Both the position numbers and the translations under genes were made by a program. Shown here in pieces: positions 46,980 through 57,141 of a stretch of DNA of 64,000 bases; the stretch's first letter is position 1; every line of letters begins with the position of its first letter. The stretch comes from Acidobacteriota bacterium (GTDB taxonomy: Bacteria > Acidobacteriota > CAIWXX01): NCBI GenBank assembly GCA_040755995.1, contig JBFMAF010000024.1, positions 1 to 64,000 on the forward strand, written 5' to 3'. The notes below the pieces were generated by a model, which was not told the origin of the DNA, searched no databases, and saw nothing but the letters and a program-made list of their open reading frames with translations.

Positions 46980-48197
46980 ATGGCAAGCACGGCCTTCATT
47001 ACCAGGGTCATTCTCAAGAACTACAAGAGCATTGCCGCCTGCGATGTCTCGCTGGGATCATTGACGTTTCTTGTCGGGCCAAACGGTGCCGGCAAGAGCA
47101 ACTTCCTGGATTCTCTGCGCCTCGTTGCAGACTCCCTGAACAAGTCTCTGGACCACGCGCTGCGCGACCGCGGTGGGATCAAGGAGGTCCGGCGGCGCTC
47201 CGGAGGGCATCCGACGCACTTCGGAATCCGGATCGACTTCGCGCTGCCTGACGGGGCCACCGGCTTCTACGGGTTCCGTGTCGGAGCGCGGCCGCAAGGC
47301 GGTTACGAGGTGCAGTCCGAGGAATGTCGTGTCAACACGCCAGTCGCACTGGCTCCTGAGCGCCACTACAAGGTGGAAGCCGGGACTGTCACGGAAGCCA
47401 GCCTGCAGTCACCTCCCGCGGCTTCGAGCGACCGGCTCTATCTGGTGAATGTCTCCGGGATCGCCGAGTTCCGTCCTCTTTACGATGCACTCTCTCACAT
47501 GGGCTTTTACAATCTCAATCCCGATCAGATCCGCGACCTCCAACCGCCCGACGCAGGCGAAGTCCTCGCGCGGGACGGGTCGAACCTCGCAAGCGTTCTC
47601 GCGCTCCTGGAATCCGAATCTCCCCAGGTGAAGGAACGGGTCGAGAGTTATTTGGCGAAAGTGGTGCCAGGCGTGAGCGGTGTCGCGGTCAAGCACTTCG
47701 GGTCGAAGGAGACCATCGAGTTTCGGCAACAGGTGAGTGGAGCCGACAGCCCCTGGCGCTTTCTGGCCACGAACATGTCCGACGGGACACTGCGCGTCCT
47801 TGGCGTCATCGTCGCCCTTTTCCAGGCTGCCAATGGTCAGCGAAGGCGTGTCCCGCTGGTGGGGATCGAGGAACCCGAGTTGGCCCTTCATCCGGCCGCC
47901 GCTGGAATCCTGCGGGATTGTCTCCGGGATGCCAGCTCCTCTGTGCAGGTGCTGGTCACCAGTCACAGCTCCGATTTGTTGGACGACAAGAGTATACCGG
48001 ATGATTCCATCGTCCCCGTTGTCTCAGAGGAAGGGGTGACAATCATCGGCCCGCTTGATGAGGCGGGACGTAGCGCGCTGCGGGATCGTCTGTATACCCC
48101 GGGCGAGCTCCTGCGAATGAACCAGTTGACTCCCGATCCGAGTGCGTACGGCCGCGCAGCTCTCTCGCAGAAGGCGCTCTTCGGAGAGGAAGAGTGA
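46980..48197 (+). CDS. ABC-type AAA ATPase (AAA_21 / RecF-SMC-like)
   Basis: LKNYKSI, GPNGAGKSN, MSDGTLR, IEEPELALHP, VTSHS. Confidence 0.9.
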   Translation: MASTAFITRVILKNYKSIAACDVSLGSLTFLVGPNGAGKSNFLDSLRLVADSLNKSLDHALRDRGGIKEVRRRSGGHPTHFGIRIDFALPDGATGFYGFRVGARPQGGYEVQSEECRVNTPVALAPERHYKVEAGTVTEASLQSPPAASSDRLYLVNVSGIAEFRPLYDALSHMGFYNLNPDQIRDLQPPDAGEVLARDGSNLASVLALLESESPQVKERVESYLAKVVPGVSGVAVKHFGSKETIEFRQQVSGADSPWRFLATNMSDGTLRVLGVIVALFQAANGQRRRVPLVGIEEPELALHPAAAGILRDCLRDASSSVQVLVTSHSSDLLDDKSIPDDSIVPVVSEEGVTIIGPLDEAGRSALRDRLYTPGELLRMNQLTPDPSAYGRAALSQKALFGEEE

Positions 48198-48303
48198 GGT
48201 GAGAGCCGTCTCGGCGCAAGTTCATGCGTGAACGTGCCACTGCCGGCGCCCGCTCTGACATGGTGTGTGGGAGCGGGAAGAGGCCCGTGAATGGAGGTCG
48301 AGG

Positions 48304-48879
48304 ATGAAAGCGTCGATTGGACCGAGGACAATCGTCTACCCGACACCCGCTTTTCTGGTCGGCTCGTACGACCAAGAAGGACGGCCCAATCTGGTCACCG
48401 TTGCATGGGGAGGCATCTGCTGCTCTTCACCGCCGTGCGTGGCCATTTCCTTGCGCAAGGCGACATACTCGCACGGCAGCATTAGCGCGAAGAAGGCCTT
48501 CACCGTCAACATCCCCGCCGAAGGGCACGAGACCGCCGTTGACTATTGCGGGATCGTGTCAGGCAGGACAGTGGATAAGTTCAGCGCTTGCGGGTTGACA
48601 GCTGTCAAGAGCGACCTTGTCGACGCCCCGTACATCGCCGAGTTTCCCCTGATCCTCGAGTGCAGACTCTGCGGGACCTTCGAGCTCGGGTCGCACACGC
48701 AGTTCGTCGGCGAGATCCTGGATGTGAAGGCCGATACCGAGGTCCTCAACGAGCGCTCCATGCCGGACGTCGAGAGGGTGAGACCCGTCCTCTATGCCCC
48801 TGAGCGCGGGCATTACTACGGCTTGGGTCGCAACCTCGGGAAGGCCTTCTCGATCGGACTGCGACTGAAAACGCCGTAA
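48304..48879 (+). CDS. flavin reductase family protein (flavoredoxin-like)
   Basis: YPTPAFLVGSY, PNLVTVAWGG, FTVNIP, DYCGIVSGR, GSHTQFVGEI. Confidence 0.9.
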   Translation: MKASIGPRTIVYPTPAFLVGSYDQEGRPNLVTVAWGGICCSSPPCVAISLRKATYSHGSISAKKAFTVNIPAEGHETAVDYCGIVSGRTVDKFSACGLTAVKSDLVDAPYIAEFPLILECRLCGTFELGSHTQFVGEILDVKADTEVLNERSMPDVERVRPVLYAPERGHYYGLGRNLGKAFSIGLRLKTP

Positions 48880-49134
48880 CCAGGATCCATGCTGGACAAC
48901 TGAGAGCGGCGGCGTAGATCCCGGAGGATTTCGCACGGGCAGACACGCCCTACTGGTCGCCTACCGGTGACATCTAAGAAACCCTGCTGTCGCGCGTTAT
49001 GGCGACAGAAGGCGAACGGCACATCGACCGGACGCCCCGCGAAGGCTACCTCGGACGCGGCGCCCGGGTCATCGGGCCGGACTCTACGGCCGAAGGACTG
49101 TTCGCCGGCACGATCGGTACAGCAAGGAGGACCC

Positions 49135-49878
49135 ATGTTCATCGAATCGCTGATCGCGTCCCACGGGAAGCGACGCAAAGGTACGCGGCCGGTGAGCTTT
49201 ACCATTGCGATCGCTGTGCACGCGGCTGTAGTCAGCCTGCTGATCGTCATTCCACTGCTTCAGAGCTCGCCGTTGCCGAAGCCGGCGTTCGTGGTGGAGC
49301 TCCGGAGGCCGCCCGAGCCACCTCCACCGCCTCCGCCACCACCTCCTCCATTTCCAGCCAGCACGGTCTCTGAGCCGCCGAGGCCCAGCTCGAGAATCGA
49401 GGCGCCGCCCCCCGCACCGGAAAAACTCCGGGCTCCAGACCAAGTCCCGCAGGACGTTGACGTGTCCGAGATCGATCTGGGCATCGATAGCGGCGTGCCG
49501 GACGGCGTCCCAGGAGGTGTGACGGGCGGAGTCGTCGGAGGTGTGGTCGGGAGCCCGACTGGCGGCGTTGTCGCCGGGGAACAGGACCTCATGCCCGTCA
49601 GGCTCGGCCTGGACATACAGCCGCCGAAACTGATCAAGAAGGTGGAGCCCGTGTACCCCGCGATTGCGGCGGCGGCGAGGGTGCAGTGTACCGTGCTCAT
49701 AGAGGCAACCACGGACATCAGAGGGCGGGTTGTGGACGTCCGGGTGACGAGGTCGATTCCGATGTTGGACAGGGCAGCGGTGGATGCAGTGCGCCAGTGG
49801 ATCTACAGCCCGGTGATGCTGAACGGCCGCCCGCAGCCGGTGATCTTCACGGTCAGGGTAGAGTTCTTCTTGAGGTAG
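49135..49878 (+). CDS. energy transducer TonB family protein
   Basis: TM with HAAV, poly-Pro, GVPGGVTGGVVGG, TonB_C PVYPAIA...LDRAAVDAVRQWIYSP. Confidence 0.9.
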   Translation: MFIESLIASHGKRRKGTRPVSFTIAIAVHAAVVSLLIVIPLLQSSPLPKPAFVVELRRPPEPPPPPPPPPPPFPASTVSEPPRPSSRIEAPPPAPEKLRAPDQVPQDVDVSEIDLGIDSGVPDGVPGGVTGGVVGGVVGSPTGGVVAGEQDLMPVRLGLDIQPPKLIKKVEPVYPAIAAAARVQCTVLIEATTDIRGRVVDVRVTRSIPMLDRAAVDAVRQWIYSPVMLNGRPQPVIFTVRVEFFLR

Positions 49879-50199
49879 CTCCTGGCGCCGCGCGTCTCCT
49901 ATCGCCGCGGGGAAGCTCGCGTCTGCGCACGGGCGAGATGAGACGGGCCTCGCGATGCACAGACTTGAGACGCCTTGCGCGAGCTCCGAGCTGTAGAGAC
50001 GCTACCGGAGAAACATGCACCTGCGCGTGCAGCGCCCGCTGTCTGCTTGACGAGCGGCGGTCACTTCGGCAAGTCGTCAACCCATCCGGCGGACAGGCTG
50101 ACCCGGTAGCACTCCGAGTACTCCCACGGAAAGTGAGGACTCGTTGCGATTCGCGCGGAGGTCTCAAGTGGGGCCGCGCGGGGCTCCGTAACTTCCACC

Positions 50200-50769
50200 T
50201 TACTCGGCCTGTTCCAGCGTCCTGATGTCGTCGACTGCTTTCTTCAGTATCTCGACGATCTTGCGCGTGCGCTCGTCATGGGGCCCGCGGCGCCAGACGC
50301 TCCGGTACACGAGGCTCGCCAGACGGCCGAACGTCTCATTCACCTCTCCGATGTGACCGCGGCTGAAATTCTCGAACGACTCCCTCAGCCGATCCATGAT
50401 CTCCTCGATCGTGCTGCGGTTTTCTTCCAGAAACTTCTCGCCCTCGGGGGTGATGTGGTAGATCTTCTTGCCGTCCTGCTCGACGATGCGCACGTAGCCC
50501 TGATCCTCAAGCAGCTGCAGAGTCGGGTAAATGGTCCCCGCCGACGGCGTATACCATCCGCCCATCCTCTCCTCAAGAGCTTTGATGATCTCGTAACCGT
50601 GTCGCGGTTTCTCCTTCAGCAGCCGGAGGATCACGTACTTCATCTCCCCCGACTCGAACCACTGCTGTCGCCGCCGACCGCGCCCCGGAGCACAGAATGC
50701 CCAGGCCCTGGGCCCGAACCCAGCTCCAAAGACGCGCCCGAAATCGAAATCCCAGCTGTTGCGTGCCAT
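50200..50769 (-). CDS. PadR family transcriptional regulator
   Basis: ILRLLKEKPRHGYEIIKAL, PSAGTIYPTLQLLED, KKIYHITPEG. Confidence 0.93.
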   Translation of the reverse strand: MARNSWDFDFGRVFGAGFGPRAWAFCAPGRGRRRQQWFESGEMKYVILRLLKEKPRHGYEIIKALEERMGGWYTPSAGTIYPTLQLLEDQGYVRIVEQDGKKIYHITPEGEKFLEENRSTIEEIMDRLRESFENFSRGHIGEVNETFGRLASLVYRSVWRRGPHDERTRKIVEILKKAVDDIRTLEQAE

Positions 50770-50850
50770 TGGGAACCTCCTCTTGCGTCGCTTCCCACCG
50801 ATTCTCTCCCCGCGGCTCGCGCACCGCGTGTCGAGCCCGCAGATGGACGC

Positions 50851-50908
50851 TCGATATGTCGCGTCATAGCGTACGTCATATCTTATGATATATCGTGATC
50901 CTTGTCAA
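50851..50908 (-). promoter_or_regulatory. padR promoter with overlapping palindromic operator candidates
   Basis: TTGACA-17 nt-TAAGAT on minus strand; atGATATATCgt at 50885-50896 inside the spacer; cGATATGTCg at 50852-50861. Confidence 0.65.
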
Positions 50909-51005
50909 TGTCCCAATGGGCCCAATGGGTCATCGCGTGGCGGCACCTCTCGTCTCGCTCGGATCATCGCGCTTCGGTGTACAATGTCCGCAGGAGGAGG
51001 TTTGC

Positions 51006-52280
51006 ATGAGAGCAGGGGTCCGTTTCTTGATGGTGGTTGTAGCGGTCTCGGTGATCGTCCTTTTCTTGGGTCCATACGATCGGACTCTGTTCTGCTTCGA
51101 TGGCGAGCCGGCCCAGGTTCCGGGAGTCGAGGCAAGTCGGATCGACAAGGCCATCAAGGATCTGATGAGCAAGTACAGCATCCCGGGCGGCACGCTGGCT
51201 GTAATGAAAGACGGCCGTCTCACGTACGCCCAAGGCTACGGTTTTGCCGATGCGTCAACGAGGGTTCACGCGGAGCCGGGCACGCTCTTCCGCATCGCCA
51301 GCGTGTCGAAGAGCATCACGGCCGTGGCCGTGTTGAAGCTTGCGGACGAAGGCAAGCTGAGCCTGGACGACAAGATGTCGGAAATAATCTGGGACTACAT
51401 TCCCCCGACCGGTTTCGACATCAGGCTCGTTGACATCACAGTGCGCGATCTGCTCCGGCACAGCGGTGGCTGGGTCAGCGCCACCGCGGGCGACCCGCAA
51501 TTCATGAGTCTGGAGATCGCCGCTCGACTCAAGAGCCCGCCACCTCCGAGCCCGCAGACCGTTGTGAGGTACTGGTTCACTCGTGACCTGCAGTTCGACC
51601 CGGGCAGGCGCCACTCCTATTCGAATTTCGGCTACAACGTGCTGGGCCGCATCATCGAGACGCTGACCAGGCAGAGTTACGAGAGCTACGTGAATTCTAC
51701 GATTCTCATGCCGCTGGGCATCCGCAGGATGCAGATCGGCGCCTCTCTGAAGGAGCAACGGGCGAAAGGCGAGGGCGTTTACCATGCGAACGCGGGCGAC
51801 CCGCTGGTTGATTCGGTGTTCCCATCGCTTGGGAAGGTCCAGCATGCGTACGGGGGCTGGAGCCACGAGGCGCTTGATGCGCACGGCGGCTGGATCGCTT
51901 CTGCAATTGATCTCATGCGGTTCGTGCGAGGTGTAGAGGGATCAGGGGGCCAGCCAAAGCTGCTGTCCGAGAAGATCTTGAAGGAGATGGTCGCGTACCA
52001 GAATCTACCGGGGCAGTCTCCGGACCACTACTACGCACTCGGCTGGGTTGTGGACGGTGCAGGGACAGCCTCCGAACAATGGTCGCACACCGGCGCGCTG
52101 GAAGGGTCGAACGCGGCTCTGATGGTGAGGCAGATCAACGGCGTGTCCTACGCAGTGATCTTCAACGCGCTCCCGGCCGATTTCATCACCTTCTTCGATG
52201 AGCTGATAGAGGTGCTGAAGGAAGAGATTGGAAGCATCACAATGTGGCCCGATACTGATCTGTTCCCGCGGTTTCCGTGA
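51006..52280 (+). CDS. serine hydrolase, beta-lactamase/PBP-like family
   Basis: FRIASVSK (SxxK), LLRHSGG, YSNFGY, HTG; N-terminal signal; GGAGGAGG RBS. Confidence 0.92.
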   Translation: MRAGVRFLMVVVAVSVIVLFLGPYDRTLFCFDGEPAQVPGVEASRIDKAIKDLMSKYSIPGGTLAVMKDGRLTYAQGYGFADASTRVHAEPGTLFRIASVSKSITAVAVLKLADEGKLSLDDKMSEIIWDYIPPTGFDIRLVDITVRDLLRHSGGWVSATAGDPQFMSLEIAARLKSPPPPSPQTVVRYWFTRDLQFDPGRRHSYSNFGYNVLGRIIETLTRQSYESYVNSTILMPLGIRRMQIGASLKEQRAKGEGVYHANAGDPLVDSVFPSLGKVQHAYGGWSHEALDAHGGWIASAIDLMRFVRGVEGSGGQPKLLSEKILKEMVAYQNLPGQSPDHYYALGWVVDGAGTASEQWSHTGALEGSNAALMVRQINGVSYAVIFNALPADFITFFDELIEVLKEEIGSITMWPDTDLFPRFP

Positions 52281-52382
52281 TCCTGAGGCTCGCAAGAGAC
52301 ACCATGACGTGGCCAGGTGCTTGCGTTCTCGCGCCTCCGGTCCCGATCGGGGTTGCGCGTCGCGCTCCGAGGCCGCGCTTCG

Positions 52383-53303
52383 CTAGAGCTCCGGCTGCTC
52401 GCAGAGCCGGACGCAGTTGCGTCCGTTGCGCTTGGCCTGATACAGGGATGCGTCGGCCATCTGGACCAGTTCCTCAGGATCCTGCGGGCGGCAATGGCGG
52501 AAGTCGCAAACCCCCAGGCTGATGGTCACCGAGACGGGGTCGCCGTCGTGCTCGAACGACAGCGACTCGACCGCCTTCCGCAGTTTCTCAGCCAGGACCC
52601 CCGCGTTCTCGCGAGGGGTTGATGGCAGCAACACCGCGAACTCCTCGCCTCCGTATCGCGCCGCGAGATCGACCTTGCGCACGTTCTTGCGCAAGGCATT
52701 CGCGACCTCCCTGAGCACGTAGTCTCCGTAAGGGTGGCCGTAGGCGTCGTTGATCCGTTTGAAGTGATCTATGTCGATCATCACCAACGCCATGTCTTGC
52801 TTGAATCTGCGGCTGCGCTCGTACTCGACCGCCAGCGTCTCGTTGAAGCTGCGGCGATTTGGCAGCTGCGTGAGCTCGTCGATTGTCGAAATGAGCTCGA
52901 GGTGGTTGACGAGCCGCCGGAGCTCATCCTGGAGCTCCTTGATCCTCAGCATCGATTTCACGCGGGCCAGGAGCTCCTGATTGTCGAACGGCTTCGTAAG
53001 GTAGTCGTCGGCGCCCATCTCGAAGCCCTTGACCTTGCTCGCGACGTCCCCCTGGTTGGTCAGGAGTATGACCGGTGTGAACGTCTGGCCAGGGAAGGCC
53101 TTGATCTCGCGGCAGAGCGTGAGGCCATCTTTCTTCGGCAGGACTATGTCCATCAGCACGAGGTCGGGCTTTTCGTCGAGGAACTTGTCGCGCCCCTCTT
53201 CTCCATCCACGGCGATGACTGCCGTGTGACCGCCGCTGCGCAGCGCGTGCTGCACCTTGAATGCCTGCGTCGCGCTGTCCTCGACCAGCAGTATCTTGGC
53301 CAT
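52383..53303 (-). CDS. response regulator diguanylate cyclase (REC-GGDEF, WspR/PleD-like)
   Basis: REC LVEDS...LMDIVLP...KPF; DELTQLPNRR, DIDHFK, RKVD I-site, GGEEF. Confidence 0.95.
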   Translation of the reverse strand: MAKILLVEDSATQAFKVQHALRSGGHTAVIAVDGEEGRDKFLDEKPDLVLMDIVLPKKDGLTLCREIKAFPGQTFTPVILLTNQGDVASKVKGFEMGADDYLTKPFDNQELLARVKSMLRIKELQDELRRLVNHLELISTIDELTQLPNRRSFNETLAVEYERSRRFKQDMALVMIDIDHFKRINDAYGHPYGDYVLREVANALRKNVRKVDLAARYGGEEFAVLLPSTPRENAGVLAEKLRKAVESLSFEHDGDPVSVTISLGVCDFRHCRPQDPEELVQMADASLYQAKRNGRNCVRLCEQPEL

Positions 53304-53326
53304 GCCGGAATCCCCCCTAGAACTAT

Positions 53327-54352
53327 CTATGCGAGTGCGTCCACCAAGGCCCGCGGGATGTCGTCGAGCCGCACGACACGATCGACAATGCCCGCCTGAA
53401 TTGCCTGTTGCGGCATGCCGAACACTACCGATGTCGACTCGTCTTGAGCCATGGTCCTTCCCCCCATCGACTTGACTCGCGAAAGGCCGCTCACACCGTC
53501 GCTTCCCATACCCGTCAACAAGAGCGCGAGCGCCATCGGCCCGTACGATGCTGCCACCATCTCGAAGAGGCGGTTGATCGACGGTCTGGCTCCCTCCACC
53601 GGCGGCCCGTCGTCAAGGGCGATCTTGCCCTCGATGGTCACGCCCATGTGAGCGTTTTCGGGCGCCACGTAGATGTTGCCGGGACGAAGCATCTCTCCGT
53701 TCTGCCCCATCTTGACGAGATTGGCTGAATTGGCAGAGAGCCAGCGGACCATGCCGGCCAGAAATCCATGGGTCATGTGCTGAACGACCACGATCGGGAC
53801 GGGGAAGCGTGGAGGCAGGTTGGAGAAGATCGCGTTCAATGCCGCCGGGCCGCCGGTCGATGAGCCGATGGCGACTATGCGCACGCGAAAGCTAGGAGTC
53901 GTCGGCAGGAACAGCGGTGCCTTCTGACGCTTCTCCTCCCGCGCCCTCCGCTTGACCACCTTCACCTGGCTCATGAGCCGAATCTTCGTGAGCAGCTCGT
54001 CCTGGATCGTCTGGAACTCCGACCCGGCCTTCGGCTTGATCACTATGCTGAGCGCCCCGGCGGCGATCGCGTCGAATGCCAGCTGATCAGTCGGCTTGTT
54101 GACGGCGCTGGACATGATCAGTATTGGCACGGGGAACCTGGCCATGATCTGGTACGTGGCTTCGACACCATTCATCTCGGGCATCACCAGGTCCATGGTG
54201 ATGAGATCCGGCCGAAGCCGCTCGGCCAGATACACCGCCTCTTTCCCATCTCGCGCGTACCCGATCACCTGTATATCAGGCTGTCCCGAGAGCGCCTCGA
54301 ACAGGATGTGGCGCATCACCGGCGAATCATCTACGACCAGAACCCGGATCAT
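53327..54352 (-). CDS. cheB: chemotaxis methylesterase (REC-CheB; WspF/FrzG-like)
   Basis: VVDDS, GSSTGGP, VQHM, RPSI, LTGMGSDG, SVVFGMP. Confidence 0.95.
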   Translation of the reverse strand: MIRVLVVDDSPVMRHILFEALSGQPDIQVIGYARDGKEAVYLAERLRPDLITMDLVMPEMNGVEATYQIMARFPVPILIMSSAVNKPTDQLAFDAIAAGALSIVIKPKAGSEFQTIQDELLTKIRLMSQVKVVKRRAREEKRQKAPLFLPTTPSFRVRIVAIGSSTGGPAALNAIFSNLPPRFPVPIVVVQHMTHGFLAGMVRWLSANSANLVKMGQNGEMLRPGNIYVAPENAHMGVTIEGKIALDDGPPVEGARPSINRLFEMVAASYGPMALALLLTGMGSDGVSGLSRVKSMGGRTMAQDESTSVVFGMPQQAIQAGIVDRVVRLDDIPRALVDALA

Positions 54353-54446
54353 GACTGCGCCTCCGTTTCCCATCCGCGGGGCCACCCAGCTCCTTCGATG
54401 TCCGTCGTGGCCGGTCGCATGCGTTGCGGCAATCCGTTTTTGTCAT

Positions 54447-54480
54447 CGTGAACGTGAACGTCGACGTGGACGTGGACGAT
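54447..54480. repeat. short hexamer tandem repeat in the cheA-cheB spacer
   Basis: cgtgaa cgtgaa cgtcga cgtgga cgtgga cgat. Confidence 0.6.
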
Positions 54481-54572
54481 CCGCTCTCCGCCTCTCGGTG
54501 TCCCCGCGTCTCCGTGTCGCATCCGATGTGCTACTCCGTTCACTCTCTGTCCGCAGCCTCCATTGGCATCAT

Positions 54573-57050
54573 TCAATCGGTCAGGTGTTCAATCGTCTGA
54601 AGCAGTTTGTTCTGGTCGAAGCTGCTCTTGGCAATGTACGCATCGGCTCCGGCCTCGATGCCGCGTGCCTTGTCCTCCGGCGAGGCAAATGAGGTCACGA
54701 GGATGACAGGCATGTCTTTGTGTCGAGGGTCAGACTTGATCTTCCGGGTCAGGGAGAACCCGTCCAGCCTCGGCATCTGCACATCCGAAAGAACGAGATC
54801 GACTTCCTCGGTTTGCAGCGTTCCGAACGCTTCCACTCCGTCAGTGGCGAGCAGGACGCGGTATCCGGCCGTCTCCAGGATGTTCTTCTCGAGGGTGCGA
54901 GTGGTGATGGAGTCATCCACGACGAGAATTGACCTCATCGGCCGATCGACGGGCTTCCTGGTTGGAACCGGCGGCGCCGTCGGGTGCGGCTGGCTGGAGG
55001 CATTCACCAGCTCCGCGACATTCAGAATCATCACAATCATCCCATTGCCAAGGATCGTCGCGCCCGCCAGGTACCGTACCCTGATCAACGGTCTGCTGAA
55101 GCTCTTGAGGATCACCTCCTGCTCGCCCATCAGCTCGTCCACTACGAATCCCACGCGCTTCTCCGCGGATCCCAACACCACCACGACAAGCTTCTCATCC
55201 GGGTCCCTCGGCGCCTCCTGCAGGCCCAGCACGCCGGCCAGGCGGCCGAGTTGCACCGGGAGGCCGCCGAGCTGCACGGTCTCGGAGGAGCCCAGCCGGC
55301 GGATCTCCTTTGGCGGAATCCGCCGGATCTGATCGACCGACGCGATGGGAAATATGAACACCTGCCCGCCTGCCTTCACCAGCAGCCCCTGGAAGGTCGA
55401 TACCGTGAGCGGCAGCTGCATGATGAACCTGGCCCCTTGACCGGGCACCGAACTCACGTCCAGCGTACCGTTCAGACGCTCGACCGTCGTGTGAACGACG
55501 TCCAATCCGATGCCGCGTCCGGAGATATCGTCGACGATTGGCGACGTCGAGAACCCGGGCCGGAATATGAAGTTGAGGATGTCGCGCTGGCTGAGCGTCT
55601 CCGAATCCTCCGCGCGCAGCATTCCGCGCTTGATGGCCTTCTGCTTGACGGCTTCCGTGTTGATGCCCATCCCGTCGTCTTCGACTGAGATGATGATGGT
55701 ATCGCCTTTCTGCCGCGCGGACAGATGGATGTGTCCCTGCGGCGACTTGCCCTGGTCAGCCCTCGTCTGAGGCGCCTCGATTCCATGGTCGATCGCATTT
55801 CGGATGAGGTGCATCAGCGGATCTTTGAGGGCCTCGATGAGCTTCTTGTCGAGCGCGCAGTCACCGCCCTCGGTAGTCATCACCACCTGCTTGCCCTTGA
55901 CCTGGCTGAGGTCGCGGACCATCCGGTAGAAGTTGTCAAAGAGCAGACCGACGGGCAGCATGCGAATCCGCTTGATCTCCTCCTGGATCTCCCGCGACAA
56001 CGTATGCAACCTCGCGGTGTCCATGTGGAATTCCTTGCGGAAGCGCTTGACGGATCGACTCAGCGACCGGATACGCTCCTGGCACGCCTCCGCCAACCTC
56101 GCTCCGGGGCCGCCGCCGTCGCCATGGGGTTTCAGAATCTTCCGCAGTTCTGCCAGCTGCTTCTCGAGACTCGCGATGCCTGTGGAAAGGCCGGTCAGCG
56201 TCTCCTGATGCTGCGCCACCTTGATCTTGGTGATCAGGAGCTCGCCGGAGGTGGCGAGGAGAGTGTCGAGCTTTGCCGTGCTGACACGTATCGTTTCCTT
56301 GGCGAGCAGCGCGTCGTCCAGTCTTCGGTCGCGCCTCCGGCGATCCTCCTCGCCCGTGCGTCGATTTGCCCCCAGCCGTGGAGCCGCTTCCGCCTCTGCG
56401 GCTCTCAGATCTGCGCGCGCTGCGACGGCAACTGGCCGCGCCGGAGGCTCAGCAGGTGGAACCTCCGTCTTGATGGCTGCGGGCGGCGGCTGAGGCGCCT
56501 CAGGTTGAGCATCTTCAGTGCGGTCACGCCTGTGGCCCCTAGGCCTGGTCTTCTTCTCCTTCGAATGAGCCGGCAACTGTTGCGAGTCGGGCGACGGGGC
56601 CTCCGGGGTCGGGCCGCTAGGTGGCTTCAGGGCTCCGAAGCCGACTCGGGCGTTCTCCAGATCCAGCACATGGCTCCGCACCTCCTCCTGCCCGATCGTG
56701 TTCCCTGCCAGCCTGGCTTCCATTGCCTTGGTGAAGAAGTCGACGCAGCCGTACAAGATCGTGAACATGTTCGGGTCCATGGCGCGCCCCTGCTTGACCT
56801 CTGAGAGCAGCGCCTCCATTGCATGCGCGACCTCCTCGACCTCCTTCACCTCCACCGCGCGAGCCGCGCCCTTCAGACTGTGCGCCTCGCGGAAGATCTG
56901 GTCCACGAGATCCTGCGGCTCTCCCGTGCCCGCCTCGAGCTGGAGCAGGCAGCGGTTCAGCGTTTCCAGACGCTCGTCCAGCTCGACCTTGAACGTCGCG
57001 AGCAGCTGCCGGAGGAAGTCCTCGTCACTTGGAAGTATGTTAGAAGGCAT
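54573..57050 (-). CDS. cheA: hybrid chemotaxis kinase HPT-HATPase-CheW-REC (WspE/FrzE-like)
   Basis: FREAHSLKGAA, HLIRNAIDHG, DDGMG, SGRGIGLDVV, C-terminal REC VVDDSITTR. Confidence 0.95.
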   Translation of the reverse strand: MPSNILPSDEDFLRQLLATFKVELDERLETLNRCLLQLEAGTGEPQDLVDQIFREAHSLKGAARAVEVKEVEEVAHAMEALLSEVKQGRAMDPNMFTILYGCVDFFTKAMEARLAGNTIGQEEVRSHVLDLENARVGFGALKPPSGPTPEAPSPDSQQLPAHSKEKKTRPRGHRRDRTEDAQPEAPQPPPAAIKTEVPPAEPPARPVAVAARADLRAAEAEAAPRLGANRRTGEEDRRRRDRRLDDALLAKETIRVSTAKLDTLLATSGELLITKIKVAQHQETLTGLSTGIASLEKQLAELRKILKPHGDGGGPGARLAEACQERIRSLSRSVKRFRKEFHMDTARLHTLSREIQEEIKRIRMLPVGLLFDNFYRMVRDLSQVKGKQVVMTTEGGDCALDKKLIEALKDPLMHLIRNAIDHGIEAPQTRADQGKSPQGHIHLSARQKGDTIIISVEDDGMGINTEAVKQKAIKRGMLRAEDSETLSQRDILNFIFRPGFSTSPIVDDISGRGIGLDVVHTTVERLNGTLDVSSVPGQGARFIMQLPLTVSTFQGLLVKAGGQVFIFPIASVDQIRRIPPKEIRRLGSSETVQLGGLPVQLGRLAGVLGLQEAPRDPDEKLVVVVLGSAEKRVGFVVDELMGEQEVILKSFSRPLIRVRYLAGATILGNGMIVMILNVAELVNASSQPHPTAPPVPTRKPVDRPMRSILVVDDSITTRTLEKNILETAGYRVLLATDGVEAFGTLQTEEVDLVLSDVQMPRLDGFSLTRKIKSDPRHKDMPVILVTSFASPEDKARGIEAGADAYIAKSSFDQNKLLQTIEHLTD

Positions 57051-57080
57051 GCCCGTGCCTCCAACAGCCACCGAGGCGGA

Positions 57081-57111
57081 CTGCCAACTGACAACCGACA
57101 ACTGACAACTG
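57081..57111. repeat. heptamer tandem repeat (CTGACAA-like, ~4.5 units)
   Basis: ctgccaa ctgacaa ccgacaa ctgacaa ctg. Confidence 0.65.
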
Positions 57112-57141
57112 CTTGTCCCTCCCAGGGGCTCGCCCTGGGGT

